From: Macrostomum lignano
Lineage: Eukaryota
Reading direction: 5' to 3'
NCBI GenBank assembly: GCA_002269645.1
Contig: NIVC01002078.1
Span: 1-64,000, forward strand
Length of the DNA stretch: 64,000 nucleotides
Numbering within the stretch: the first letter of the stretch is position 1; each line of letters starts with the position of its first letter. A model generated the notes under the pieces. The model saw only the letters and a list, made by a program, of their open reading frames with translations. It made no database searches and was not told the origin of the DNA. This document shows, piece after piece, positions 1 through 11,404 of this stretch. A program made the position numbers and the translations under genes.

Positions 1-290
1 TAGCCTCTCTGGGTGAAAAAACACCCACCCAACTCCTAGCTTCGCTGTTCCTGCCCTAATATATACCGTATAGCCTCCTCTGGGTGAATAAAACACCCAC
101 CCCAACTCCTACCCTTAGTTTGCCTGCCCTAATGTACACTATAGCCTCCTCTGGGTGAATAAAACACCACCCCAACTCCTACCCTTAGTTTTCCTGCCCT
201 AATGTACACTATAGCCTCCTCTGGGTGTATAAAACACCCACCCCAACTCCTACCCATAGTTTCCCTGTCCTATATCCCTGCCCTATAAAC
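1..290. repeat. Degenerate tandem repeat, ~65-70 bp unit (TAGCCTCCTCTGGGTGAATAAAACACCACCCCAACTCCTACCC...CCTGCCCTAAT), about 4 copies, cut by the window edge
   Basis: Unit starts recur at ~1, ~71, ~141, ~211. Boundaries approximate. Confidence 0.85.
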
Positions 291-420
291 TTTTTATCCT
301 CCTTTGCACATAAAAATAGAAGCATCGTTATTCCGTGCCTGTCAATCAAAGCACAGCTTGCACTATTAAACCAGCACCCTTCCACCACCACCACTACCGC
401 ATGCGCGCCCCTTGTGTCAG

Positions 421-2603
421 GCCCAAACCAACGAATTCGGCATCCTGGTTGATCCCTCAACCGGTCAGCCGCTGCGAACTCGAGCGGCGAATTCCGATCT
501 CCGCCAGACGGCGCTCCATACTTTGTCGAATCGCGACTCGAACCCCGGACGGCCGTCTTGTACCGGAGTCTAACGGATTAATAATTCTACGACCTTCGGC
601 GACGCTACAAGCGTCAACGCTAACGGCGTGCTAATCGACGAAAACGGCGTCCCGATCCGAGGCCAGTCTGGCGAGTTTTTCTCCTCCAACGGCCAGCCGG
701 TCTACGGGCCGCGTGGCCCCGACGGCGAGCTGCTGGGCGACCCGCCGCCCGCCGTCAACTGGTTCGGCGTCCTGGCTAATCGGACACCGGCCTGGCTCTC
801 GCCCGACCGGACGGCACTCTAATCGACTCGGACGGTCGGCCGATCGCCTGCCGGCCAGTCCCGGACGGTGCTGCTCCGTTGGACGCGTTTCCCGAGGCCG
901 CGGCGAACTCACACGGCATCCTGACTTCGGCTCCGTGCCGCTGCGAGGCAGCCGCGGCGAGTTCTTTGTGCCGCGGCCGGCCCGCTCTCGGCGGCCTCCG
1001 ACATCCGACGATGGCCGTCTGCTGGCGTGCAAGCCAGACGACCCGCCTCCAAAGCTCAACTACTTCGGCGTGTTAGTGTCCGGGACAGACAACCGGCCAC
1101 TGTCCGGGCCGACCGGACGCGAACTATTGGACGCAACGGCAGCCGAAATCGCCTGTCGTCGTGTTGACTCGCCGGACGAAGTGGCCGACGCCGTGGCCAA
1201 CGAGTTCAACGTGCTGGCCGACTCGCGCGGGCTGCCGCTTCGCGGACTAAACGGAGAATTTTATGGCGCTCCCGACGGCGCCGTCGTTTACGGCCGGCGG
1301 CTGCCGAACGGCCAGCTGGTCGACGACGAGGCCCAGCAGCCAAACTACTACGCGTGCTGAGCGAGCCGGGGCCGGACGGCCAGCTGCTCGACCCGTCCGG
1401 CCGGCCAATCGATTGTCGCCGGGCCCGGCTTGATGCGTCCACTGGCCGACTGTTGAACGCGTCGACTGGCACGCCGCTGCCAACTGGCGGCGTCAACGAC
1501 AATGGCGTCCTGCTGGACGAGTCCGGCCGGCCAGTCCGAGGTCCGTCCGGCGAGTTTTTCGACTCCGATGTCGTCCGGTGCACGGAGTCCGCCGCCCGAC
1601 GGCAGTTTGGTGTCGCCGGCCGAGCCGAACGAGCTCGGGTGCTGACCAGCTCGGACACCGGGCAGCCCGTGCTTGGGCCAAACGGTGAGCTGCTCGACGC
1701 CGGAGGTCGGCCGCTGGCTTGCCGGAAAGTCTGTCTGGCCGACGAACAGCAGCTTGTTGACGCCGACAGTCAAGCCGTTATCGACTCGGCGAAAGACGCG
1801 AGAACGAATTCGGCCTGCTGGTCGACGCCTCAACCGGGGCGCCGTTGAGAGACGCCCAGGGTCACTACTTCGACGCTCGGTGTCGCCCAGTGTGCGGCGC
1901 GCCTCGCGACCCGGCGAACGGTCAGCTGCTGGCCTCCGAGTGCGGCTGGCGGGTCAACGAGTTCGGCGTGCTCGAAGACAAATCCACCGGACAGGTTGTC
2001 CGAGGACCCGGTGGGGAACTGTTGGACGAGTTTGGTCGGACAGTCGACGAAGCGGCCGAGGGTAGGCAGCGGGGCCCTAGGGGTGAACCCCTGCCAACGC
2101 CTGAAGAGGAGGCTGCCGTGGCTGCTGAAGCTGCGGCTGCTGAAGCTGCGGCCGCTGAAGCTGCGGCTGCTGAAGCTGCGGCTGCTGAAGCTGCGGCTGC
2201 TGAAGGCGCTGAAGGTGCCGAAGGTGCTGAAGGTGCCGAAGGTGCCGAAGGTGCCGAAGGTGTTGAAGGTGCCGAAGGCGATCCCAACGATCCCGAGGAC
2301 TCGAGCTTCTTAGGCCGGCTAAAGAAAGGCTTCCACGAATTCCAAGAAAAAGTGGAGGAAATCGCTGATGAGACGGGCGAAAAGATCCGCGAAGCGAACG
2401 AGGAGAATCGAAAAAAATTCGAAGCCTTCAACGAGGAAAATAAAAAGAAATTCGCAGCGTTCAACGAGGATACTAAGAAAAAGTTCGACGCCTTCGGTGG
2501 GGACACCAAGAAGAGATTTGAAGCGTTCGGCGAGGGCACGGCGAGCATGTTCAAGAAGCTGGACCCGAAGAACCTCGCCGGAGGAGGCGAAGGCTCCAGC
2601 TGA
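421..2603 (+). CDS. Large 3'-terminal coding exon of a repeat protein: ~12 Gly/Pro-rich modules (NxFGVLxDxxxGxPxRGPxGE[FL][FL]D), an Ala/Glu-rich linker and an 11-mer amphipathic tail. Several apparent frameshifts in the first 1.4 kb; true 5' boundary uncertain
   Basis: The same peptide module is readable in successive frames: NEFGILVDPSTGQPLR (~431), NANGVLIDENGVPIRGQSGEFF (~620), NYFGVLVSGTDNRPLSGPTG (~1057), NEFNVLADSRGLPLRGLNGEFY (~1200), NDNGVLLDESGRPVRGPSGEFF (~1497), NEFGLLVDASTGAPLR (~1805), NEFGVLEDKSTGQVVRGPGGELLD (~1955). Frame is open from 1845 to TGA at 2601-2603. AATAAA at ~2656, then AT-rich DNA. Confidence 0.7.
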
Positions 2604-2842
2604 GGTGGAGCTTTCGTGTTGAGGTGGCAAGGAACCTGTTTTATGGCACTTGATAAATAAATTTTCTATCATGGTGACGGCTTCAGTGTGGCGTTGGTTG
2701 GCTTGTAGTCATTTTTATTCTTATAATTCGTTTTTCTACTTGGTGTTGTTCAGTGATTTACTTTTCTTGTCCTGTTTAATTTAGTTATTTCATTTCATTT
2801 CATTTATTTGATATTATATGAAATTGTTTTTTTTTATTCCAG

Positions 2843-5525
2843 GTTGGCAAATCGCCTACAGAAGATTACAGAGCCTACAGACAAGGTCACAAACGGCTGT
2901 CAAAGAATGTTTCTGTACCTGAAATTCGTGAGTTCTTGCTTTCTTTCTCTTGTCTTTCGGGCGGGTACAGGGACAGAGTGACAGGGCGGGTACAGGGACA
3001 GAGGTACAGAGTGACAGGGATTAGGGAGTCAGACTGACAGGGATTAGGGAGTCAGAGTGACAGGGATTAGGGAGATCAGAGTGACAGGGATTAGTGAGAT
3101 CAGAGTGACAGGGATTAGTGAGATCAGAGTGACAGGGATTAGGGAGATCAGAGTGACAGGGATTAGGGAGATCAGAGTGACAGGGATTAGTGAGATCAGA
3201 GTGACAGGGATTAAGGAGATCAGAGTGACAGGGATTAGGGAGTCAGAGTGACAGGGATTAGGGAGTCAGAGTGACAGGGATTAGGGAGATCAGAGTGACA
3301 GGGATTAGGGAGTCAGAGTGACAGGGATTAGGGAGATCAGAGTGACAGGGATTAGGGAGATCAGAGTGACAGGGATTAGGGAGATCAGTGTGACAGGGAT
3401 TAGGGAGATCAGAGTGACAGGGATTAGTGAGATCAGAGTGGCAGGGATTAGGGAGATCAGAGTGATAGGGATTAGGGAGATCAGAGTGACAGGGATTAGG
3501 GAGTCAGAGTGACAGGGATTAGGGAGATCAGTGTGACAGGGATTAGTGAGATCAGAGTGACAGGGATTAGGGAGATCAGTGTGACAGGGATTAGGGAGAT
3601 CAGTGTGACAGCGATTAGTGAGATCAGAGTGACAGGGATTAGGGAGATCAGAGTGACAGGGATTAGTGAGATCAGAGTGACAGGGATTAGTGAGAACAGA
3701 GTGACAGGGATTAAGGAGATCAGAGTGACAGGAATTAGTGAGATCAGAGTGACAGGGATTAGTGAGATCAGTGTGACAGGGATTAGTGAGATCAGTGTGA
3801 CAGGGATTAGTGAGATGAGTGTGACAGGGATTAGTGAGATGAGAGTGACAGGGATTAGTGAGATGAAAGTGACAAGGATTAAGGAGATCAGAGTGTAAGG
3901 GATTAGTGAGATGAGAGTGACAGGGATTAAGGAGATCATATGAAGTCATATGACAGGGACATGGAGTCAAATGACAGGGACATGGAGTCAATGACAGGGA
4001 CATGGAGTCATATGACAGGGACATGGAGTCATATGACAGGGACATGGAGTCAAATGACAGGGACATGGAGTCAAATGACAGGGACATGGAGTCAAATGAC
4101 AGGGACATGGAGTCATATGACAGGGACATGGAGTCAAATGACAGGGACATGGAGTCAAATGACAGGGACATGGAGTCAAATGACAGGGACATGGAGTCAT
4201 ATGACAGGGACATGGAGTCATATGACAGGGACATGGAGTCATATGACAGGGACATGGAGTCATATGACAGAAGCCAGGATCAGAGTGCCAGTTGTCTTAT
4301 TTCACTAAGCTTATTGCAACGATATGCATCGGAAATCGCTCAAGCATAGAACTGACTGCCAACCCTCCAGACGTCACCAACGAGGACCTGCCCTATTCCG
4401 ACGCCGAAGAGGAGTACATGCCCGAGGAGGACGAGATCATCAGCGATGACGTCACGCATCCCTACGACAGCGGCAGACGCGGCGGTCGCGGCTCCGGCTG
4501 GGATCGGGATCGGGACCGGGATCGGGACCGGGATCGGGACCGGGATCGGGACCGGGATCGGGATCGGGACCGGGACCGCTACCAGCAGCAGCGGGACCGG
4601 CACTACGGTGGCAGGCGAGGCGAGCCGTACCATCACGGCCGGCATCAGGCCAGGCAGTCATCGGCGGCGGCAGGCGGCGGCGGCGGCGGTGGCGGCGGAG
4701 GCGGAGGATCGCGAAGTCGCCGACAAAGTGGCCACCGGTCTGACTCGCCGCCGCCTCCGCCTCCGCCGGCGCCGCCTCAGCAGCAGCAGCAGCAGCAGCA
4801 CCATCATCATCAAGCTGGGAGCAGGGATCGAGCAGGCCGGCAAAGGCGGCATCCCAGTCAGCAGCAGGAGTCGTCATTTGAAATGCCGGAGCCTGAGCAG
4901 CCGCAGCAGCAGCCGCATATGCAACAGCAGCAGCAACCGCAGCAGCAACAGCGAGCTGCTCCATCCGGGATATCCAGGATTTTTGTTGCCCTATTCGACT
5001 ATGATCCCGCCACAATGAGCCCGAACCCGGATGCCATTCAAGAGGAGTTGCCGTTTAAGGTTGGTTGAATTCGCTGTGCTGGGGTGTGCTCAAGGGCTGT
5101 GGGTGTCGGGATCAAGGAGGGAATGGCGGTGACTCAGCGGAGGATCAAGGAGGGAATGGCGGTGACTCAGTGGAGGATCAAGGAGGGAATGGCGGTGACT
5201 CAGTGGAGGATCAAGGAGGGAATGGCGGTGACTCAGTGGAGGATCAAGGAGGGAATGGCGGTGACTCAGTGGAGGATCAAGGAGGGAATGGCAGTGACTC
5301 AGGGGGGTGATCAATGTGAGATTTTCCTCAATTTTTTTCTTCCATTTCCTTTCCCCACCGCAGGAAGGTCAGCTGATGAAGGTGTGGGGCGACCGAGATG
5401 AAGACGGATTTTACCACGGCGAATGCAACGGTCGCACGGGTCTGATCCCCTATAATATGGTGAACGAAGTTCCTGTTGGACAAATTGACGATCCGAGCCA
5501 ACTGGATCTGCTTCTGTCGCAACAA

Positions 5526-5560
<35 letters not shown>

Positions 5561-5837
5561 GCAGCAGCAGCAGCAACTCCATCAGCAGCAACAGCAGCAA
5601 CCGTCCTCGTCAGCAGCAAATGGTGCAACGCCGCTTCGCCGACTTGTAGCTTTATACGACTACGATCCCAAGGAGCTTAGCCCCAATGTTGACTCCGATA
5701 TGGAGCTCAGCTTTGTCGCTGGCGACGTGATCATCGCACTGGGACCAATGGACGACGACGGCTTTCTAATGGGCCGGTTAGAACGAAATGGTGCCGAGGG
5801 TCTCGTGCCGAGCAATTTCCTGCAAGAGGAGTCCTGA
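2843..5837 (+). CDS. RIMBP2: RIMS-binding protein (RIM-BP), 3' exons encoding the last two SH3 domains; 5' part outside the window
   Basis: Exons 2843-2927 (TTCCAG/GTGAG), 4371-5059 (CTCCAG/GTTGG) and 5364-5837 (CGCAG to TGA) splice in frame, 1248 nt in total. SH3 sequences FVALFDYDPATMSPNPDAIQEELPFKEGQLMKVWGDRDEDGFYHGECNGRTGLIPYNMV and LVALYDYDPKELSPNVDSDMELSFVAGDVI..GPMDDDGFLMG...EGLVPSNFLQE carry the YDP..xSPNxD RT-loop insertion typical of RIM-BP. Confidence 0.92.
2950..3935. repeat. Intronic minisatellite, 23-24 bp unit (CAGAGTGACAGGGATTAGGGAGAT)
   Basis: About 40 tandem copies inside RIM-BP intron 2928-4370. Confidence 0.95.
3940..4270. repeat. Intronic minisatellite, 21 bp unit (ATGACAGGGACATGGAGTCA[A/T])
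   Basis: About 15 near-perfect copies abutting the 24-bp array; shares the TGACAGGGA core with it. Confidence 0.95.
5108..5302. repeat. Intronic minisatellite, 33 bp unit (GGATCAAGGAGGGAATGGCGGTGACTCAGTGGA), 6 copies
   Basis: Fills most of RIM-BP intron 5060-5363. Confidence 0.95.
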
Positions 5838-6104
5838 TTTTGCTGCTTTTTTAGTTTCGTATATCTTGTGCCAGGATATCGGTTTGCTAGATGACCATGA
5901 TGTATATTTATTTCGCTTCTGTGTTGATGCAATTTTTATACGAGGTGTACATTTCTGGAAGAGGTAATGTATCTAACTGTCTGTGCGCTGGAGCAAGTAG
6001 ACTGTTTTTAAAAAATCAGGTGTACATCCAGGCAAAGTATTCAATAGAATTTTTCGCTGAGCTGGAGCATGTGGGTTGTTTTTACATTGGATATACGAGC
6101 TACA

Positions 6105-6445
6105 TCAAGGCTGGGTAGAGTCATGGCTGGGAGAGCATGTGGGCTATTTTTAGAACCGGGGTACATCTAGACGGGATAGAGCTTTTGACTGGGCTGGAGG
6201 GAGCATGTAGCTATTTTTAGAAATCGGGTGTACATCTAGACGGGGTAGAGATTTTGACTGGGCTGGAGGGAGCATGTGGCTATTTTTAGAAATCGGGTGT
6301 ACATCTAGACGGGGTAGAGCTTTTGACTGGGCTGGAGGGAGCATGTAGCTATTTTTAGAAATCGGGTGTACATCTAGACGGGGTAGAGATTTTGACTGGG
6401 CTGGAGGGAGCATGTGGCTATTTTTAGAAATCGAGTGTACATTTT
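6105..6445. repeat. Tandem repeat, 69 bp unit, ~4.5 copies, just downstream of the RIM-BP stop
   Basis: GGCTGGAGGGAGCATGT(A/G)GCTATTTTTAGAAATCGGGTGTACATCTAGACGGGGTAGAG(C/A)TTTTGACTG repeated; the 23-aa periodic ORF on the minus strand confirms the period. Confidence 0.9.
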
Positions 6446-7689
6446 ACTAAAGCCAGTTTCTCGCTGCAAAATTTTAAGAGGGTTTGTGCGAGCTCCTAGT
6501 ACTTACGCATTGCTCCATATCCTTCATTATATTAAACGTCTATTTCGTTTATGTTTATCATCTTTCCACACTTTGCTTTTCTATGCATAAAACTTGTAGA
6601 AATCAGTGCGTGACATTCTCCTTAACCGTTTATATCTATCTGTACTGTAGCGAATGTCATTGGCTATTTTTTTCGTATGCCGTCTAGAAAGTTATTTATT
6701 TCATTGAATCTCTTGTACTTACTTACTAATGATTTAATAATAATGATAGTAATAACAGCTTTGTTGCACGTTTTCTCAAGTTATTCGTTTTATTTACTGT
6801 GTCGAGTCTTTGCTCTGAACCTGTACAATATTAAATTTAGTTGTATTATACTTGTTAGTTAGTGCTCCTACGATATTTACATGGCGTCGTTAGTGCAAAT
6901 AATTTTGTGTTGTGTTTCTAAATTGTACTCTATTGACTTTTGTTTGTTGTATTTGTATTTTAGGGTTTAAATTTAAGTTTACTTTTTATTATTAAAAAAG
7001 TTCAGATTTTCAATAATCCTAAACTGTGATTCCTAATTTCTGGTTGCATTCATTCTTCGGAAATAAAGTCCAATTATGCATCGATAAAAAAACCAACGAT
7101 GCTACTGCTAGTATAAAAAACGATACATTCTCTATTTTCGACCTATTTTCCGGTGTTGAAGCGCTCATAAATTTGTTATATTAGTGTGTTTTGTTGCCGC
7201 ATAACCAATTTTTAGTTGAAATTTTACCCTGGCTTTAATTTCGCCGATTTGCTATTTTAAGAAAGGCTTAAATAGCGAATAGATTAAAGTCTAACTTTGC
7301 TTATTTTGCTTTACTGCTCTCTGTTTGAGTTTGATCTTATATAATATCGATTGTTTTTACTATTATTTTTACTAGATTGTAAATTTAATAAAGCACCTCC
7401 ATTAAAGCGAATGCAATATTCATAATTATTAGCACCGTCTCCTTGCAACCCCAAATTTATTTGGGCTGAAATCATCAGCATCTCTACACATTTTTGGCTG
7501 CTAAATTATTCATACATCTGCCATTCGAATGAATATTGACAATAATAACCGACACTCGTACTATCAGTAGCACAGTTTGCGTTTTCCTACTAATTTAGTA
7601 GGGTAAAAACAAAAAATGGACTAGTCGACTAAAATAAGGCGATGCCGAGGAGAGTGGGGACTCGGATGGTCATTCGGTGACTGAGTTAC

Positions 7690-7691
<2 letters not shown>

Positions 7692-7726
<35 letters not shown>
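7692..7726. repeat. (CT)n microsatellite
   Basis: Direct inspection. Confidence 0.95.
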
Positions 7727-7728
<2 letters not shown>

Positions 7729-8824
7729 TCACCTTTGTTTAATTTCACCCCGTTTGTGCTTGTCTGCATTGAATAGCATAAGGCTATACCAATTTCAATT
7801 ATGCTATTACATTGTACTTTAATATATTAATTGATTATTTAAAATAAAAATTGCATAGCCAAACAAGTCGGCGTGATTTTACGATAAAAGGATTAAATGC
7901 CCTTTCTTTTTATTTTATGCCAATAAAGCACTATTGTAGTAGCGATTAGCCGATATGTATCGAAAGAGATAAAAAGTTCACATTTAAATTCACAAAAAAT
8001 TGTTAGATTTTAATATTCTAAAAATTATCCGATATGTATCGAAAGTTACTTAAACTGTACTTGTTCTTGCAGATGGTTTTGCACTTTACGAATCCATGCC
8101 TCTAAAAAGTCAATAGATTGTTTGCTGCAATTAAAGTGAAGTTGTCAAAAACTGTCTGTGACGTTTGACTCCCAATCCCTTTTGACTGCAAACAATTGAC
8201 TACCAGCCCTAATTTTTTACTAAAACAACATAAACCCTAGCCCTAACCTAAATCGTGAGCAGTCAAGTGTGGAGTCAGCAACAATACATATGTAATATCA
8301 TATAGGGAACCATATGGTGCTGAATTCTGATACAGTAAGTTTTCTTATTCTTTTACTAAACACGCGCATAAGCTGGGGAAAATGCGAAAACTCTGCCCCA
8401 CATGATCCTGCGGATAATTAGGAATTACCAACTCAACTTTGTCGGCGGATTTACTAGGCATTCGGGAAGCGAAACTGAGAAGTGACGAGTCGTCCAATGC
8501 AATTTCTGGAGGAGATTATTGGCGGACAGCAGATTCCTCAGACAGATCAGATTGTGACACTGTTGGAACTTTGGAGGGAGGAACTATTTGTATTTCCAAT
8601 CACGCAAGACAAATACGAAGTATGAGCTATCACAAGCTATCAGAAACTTCATGAAAAGCGCCTGAAAGTGGGTTCTTTGTCCTAATATGTACATGTAGCA
8701 TCAAAACTTCCTTTAAACTTGGAGAGAATCGCTTAAAACCTACCACTTAGCATCAACTCCAAATCTACCCCTTACCTTTTAAGAATTGCCCCAAATCTAC
8801 CCCTGCTAGCAACAATTCAAAATC

Positions 8825-9120
8825 TACCCCTCAGGAATCGCCCCAAATCTACCCATCCCGAATCGCCCCAAATCCACCCATCAGGAATCGCCCCAAATCC
8901 ACCCATCAGGAATCGCCCCAAATCCACCCATCAGGAATCGCCCCAAATCCACCCATCAGGAATCGCCCCAAATCCACCCATCAGGAATCGCCCCAAATCC
9001 ACCCATCAGGAATCGCCCCAAATCAACCCTTCAAGAATCACCGCTAAATCCATCCCTCAAGAATTACCTCCAAATCAACCCCTCAAGAATCATCCCAAAT
9101 CAACCCCCAAGAATCGCCTC
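8825..9120. repeat. Minisatellite, ~25 bp unit (AGGAATCGCCCCAAATCCACCCATC)
   Basis: About 6 near-perfect copies plus degenerate flanking copies, ~230 bp upstream of the first BK-beta-like ATG. Confidence 0.9.
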
Positions 9121-9344
9121 GCCCTAAATATACAGCCAAAAATGGCCACCAATATCAGACTGGTTTCAGAATCACCCCGCCAGAAATGTAAATCTCAATG
9201 CCGCAATGCAGCAGACTGGGCCCAGCTGAAGGCTTCCATTTGCCAGCCAGCCAACCATGTTCGCACAATGCATATTCAAATAGTATAAAGCAAGTCCACA
9301 CGAGAACAGCGCTCTAACCAAAGATTCCCTTTAAGTGTTTCGTC

Positions 9345-10344
9345 ATGGCTTTACGCAGATGCCACAAACTTTGCAACGTCATCGGCTTGGCAAAGATTGT
9401 ATTCCTCACCTGCGTATCGTTGATCGCCTGCGGTTTAATAGTGTCCAGCATCCTTGCCTATCTCATCATATTGCCGTACTATCGCGAGTCGCAATTTCAA
9501 CCGACCAGCTGCGAATATCTTGGCGAAGATTTGCACTATTGCATGCGCAACCAACGGGAAAGCTATGGCTACTTGTGCAAGAAGGAGAAGTGCAGATTCC
9601 CATGCTACGTTGTTCGGGTCAACGTGTCTGGTCTGTCAACAGCTGGAACTCTGTTTGAGAACTACTTGACGTTTTCCGACGTGTACGAGGTGTGTGTACA
9701 AACGAATAATTTCAGCCAAACTGTTGTACATACTCAGGTCACTATCTTTCTAAAAACCTTCCTCCGAATGAACAGAAACACCCTCTTCAATGAGCACATT
9801 ACGGTGCGTCTCTCTGCCCTTTATCTATGTACATTCCCTTCTGCCCTTCACTGTACATCATCATTCTTTCCAAATGTACATACATTCCCTTTCCAAACTT
9901 CACTGCGCATCATCGGTCTCTCGATCTCTGCCTTTCGCTGTACATATGAGCTATTTCAAACCCTTACTGTACACTTCTGGCCTCCCTCTACCCCTAAATG
10001 TACATTCAGGTCGTTTGAATTTTCCTACCCCTCAACTCCGCCCCAATCAGGAGGGCTGCAGTTCCTCGCCCTGTCTGCCAGAGCCAACGGAGAACGTAGA
10101 GATGACCCAGCGCTACATTCGCACCCTGAGGCATAGAAGAAACTTCACCTGCTATTATCGAGGTGACGACAACACTGACCCCAAGAGATCGGTGCTGCTC
10201 ACTAAGATCTACACAAAAGAGCAGGCTAAGCACTGCGCCATCTGGCCAGCATTTGCTGTCTCAATTGGCGCCATCGTGCTCATCGGAACTCACTACTGCG
10301 CTGGGTGCACCGTTTGGACTAAGGATAAAACTGTTATTGCCTGA
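9345..10344 (+). CDS. BK channel beta-subunit (KCNMB/CaKB)-like / TipE-like two-TM protein, paralogue 1 (212 aa)
   Basis: Exons 9345-9689 (GAG/GTGTG) and 10051-10344 (AATCAG/GAG), phase 0. TM1 VFLTCVSLIACGLIVSSILAYLIILPY; Cys-rich loop with F.PTSC, FPCYVVRVNVS, LFENY, CSSSPC, NFTCYY; SVLLTKIYT then TM2 AIWPAFAVSIGAIVLIG. The motif order parallels KCNMB (PCL.VNV..LY..CS..P..F.C..V...Y....L.WP). Confidence 0.8.
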
Positions 10345-11404
10345 ATAGCCAGTAGAACTACGAGTTGAGTAGATTGCTCATTTATATTAGACCTTTGGAT
10401 TTGGTCATATAGAGATAATTCTGATCTTTGGTATTACGACAAAAGCTTAATTCCATACATGTTGCATGCATTCAATGCGTGTTAAGTTGCTATGCCTGAA
10501 TATGTCGAAGCTGGAACGCACAGCAGACAGACCGCCCGCTGAGAATGTCAATGGGCGAAACCGTGTATTGGGTAAGCATTCAATTTAAGACACGTGCATA
10601 TTCAACCCACGATTGTCTATGGCCAAAACCGTGTATGGAAAGAGTATTTAGGACATTAACCAGTTGAGTTCAGACCATAGATCATATGTATATAAGATGT
10701 ATGGTTCAGACATTAAAACTCGGAGCCTTTAGACAAAAATGCGTAATTTGTGACGCAGAAGTCGAACAAGTGATAAAGTAAATTGGCATTTTGTGATGCA
10801 CATATTTTATAGCGACTGTGACTAAACTGTCAGGCCACATGTGTGCTCAATCAGATATTTTCATGGGCCAAGCAGCTGGTCAGGAAGTGCAGTGCGTTAG
10901 CTAACCAGGGTGCACTCTTGACAACCGGGATGACATCCAAGCCTGACTCCGCGATTCTCTGCAGCACCAAGGGAACTCCAATTCTGTAGATGCTATCCGT
11001 CTGGAGGACTCTCCAGCTCCATTGGCGGCACTTGTCTGAATTTGACTGCTCTGTGTCTTAAATTCAATGCTGTGTCGTGCCTGTGCCAGAGACTGTTTTG
11101 ACCATAGACAAGAGTAGAAATATTGTTGAACATTATTGTCATTGTCTTGAAATGAATGCTCGGATTCTTAAATAAAGTTAAAAAGTGGTAATTTATATTA
11201 ATTGGCTGCTCAGGCAGCTACGCGTCTCAACATTTTCAGATCATTTTCAGCCCTTTGCACTCTATTCATATTGGTTTATTATGGAATTTAATGCTGTCAA
11301 GACACTTCTTAAATATATTTTTGTGTGAAATACACTCTCAGTTATTTGCCTACATGTTTCTCTCGTTTTGTTATAAAAAGGTTGATTATTGCAATAAATG
11401 CTCA

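Noticed and set aside
8235-8255. Telomere-like AACCCTAGCCCTAACC motif (a similar one at ~44925-44950 lies in a K2P exon)
   Set aside because: Only 2-3 degenerate units; not an interstitial telomere array.
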